Of a DNA stretch of 64,000 nucleotides, positions 63,415 through 64,000 are shown in pieces; the stretch's first letter is position 1; each line of letters starts with the position of its first letter. The DNA comes from a virus. A model generated the notes under the pieces. That model was not told the origin of the DNA. It did no database searches and saw only the letters and a list, made by a program, of their open reading frames with translations. The translations under genes were made by a program, and so were the position numbers. The stretch spans positions 1 through 64,000 of IMG/VR virus record IMGVR_UViG_3300049718_000055. One strand, written 5' to 3'.

Positions 63415-63849
63415 ATGAGACCTCGTAAAATCGTACTCTGCGTCAACGACAACGAAGACGAACTCTCAGTCCTGAAGTTCATGCTGGAAACCAACGGCTA
63501 CCGTGTCCTTGCCGCGGCCGGCGGCGAACAGGCCATCGCTCTCTTCACTGAGCATCAGGTTGAACTCGTGCTGGCCGACTACGACATGCCGCAAATGAAC
63601 GGCGCCCAACTCGTAAACCGCCTCAAACAGATTGCGCCCCACATCCCCATGGTCATACTCGGAGATCCGAAGTCCATGGCCGGCGAGATGCACGATGCCG
63701 ATGCCCTGCTCTGCAAAAAGACCGTAGCCTCCGCAGAGTTGCTGGACCGCATCAAAGTCATGGCCGCAAGGAAGCGTGGACCCTCGGCAGAGTATTGTAT
63801 TCGGAGACGCGAAGCCGCTGCACGACGTAAAGCACTGGTGGCCGCATGA
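63415..63849 (+). CDS. Single-domain response regulator receiver
   Basis: VLCVNDN...LVLADYDMPQMNG...IPMVIL...K. Confidence 0.9.
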   Translation: MRPRKIVLCVNDNEDELSVLKFMLETNGYRVLAAAGGEQAIALFTEHQVELVLADYDMPQMNGAQLVNRLKQIAPHIPMVILGDPKSMAGEMHDADALLCKKTVASAELLDRIKVMAARKRGPSAEYCIRRREAAARRKALVAA

Positions 63850-64000
63850 TCGTCCAAATCTGTTCCATAAAACGCGGCATCATCAACCCTCCCGAGCCGC
63901 TGGAGAACAGCGAACAAATAGAAGCCCTATGGTGGGCTCAGGACCATCCTGTAAATTCCACACCTTTAAGCCGCTACAGGGAGAGTGAGATTTTTAGGCA

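Noticed and set aside
1-64000. Integrase, attachment site, capsid, portal or full terminase
   Set aside because: None recognised in this window, so lifestyle and genome ends cannot be determined.

Overview
This window is a 64-kb segment of a large tailed dsDNA phage or prophage genome, with almost all genes on the minus strand. The host is tentatively Acidobacteria-like, inferred only from the style of the receiver-domain and Fn3/chitobiase-domain proteins. Modules from left to right: (1) small early/accessory genes, including a 10-aa repeat protein and a ParB-like protein; (2) lysis and membrane genes (SleB-type hydrolase, holin-like proteins, lipoprotein) and a tailspike-like protein; (3) replication and recombination genes (DnaB, initiator-like, RusA, PD-(D/E)XK nuclease, annealing-protein-like, HNH) plus AcpP, Fic and HTH regulators; (4) podovirus-like internal virion proteins, including a 3614-aa polyvalent helicase protein; (5) a 6.2-kb array of 35 tRNA genes covering all 20 amino acids, with embedded RtcB, HNH and GIY-YIG genes; (6) a tail nozzle-like protein and further accessory genes. 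Main finding: the tRNA array is split into sub-operons. Three of them are each headed by a sigma70-type promoter, a 20-23 codon leader ORF whose codons match the anticodons of the tRNAs directly downstream (down to the isoacceptor), and mutually exclusive antiterminator/terminator hairpins. This looks like ribosome-mediated attenuation that switches on replacement tRNAs (and RtcB) when those tRNAs are depleted. Other findings: three Arg tRNAs with a transposed D-loop fold, a dispersed palindrome TCCAAA-N-TTTGGA (12 exact plus 4 near copies), and several structured RNA candidates. All calls come from reading the sequence by eye; no searches or folding programs were run.
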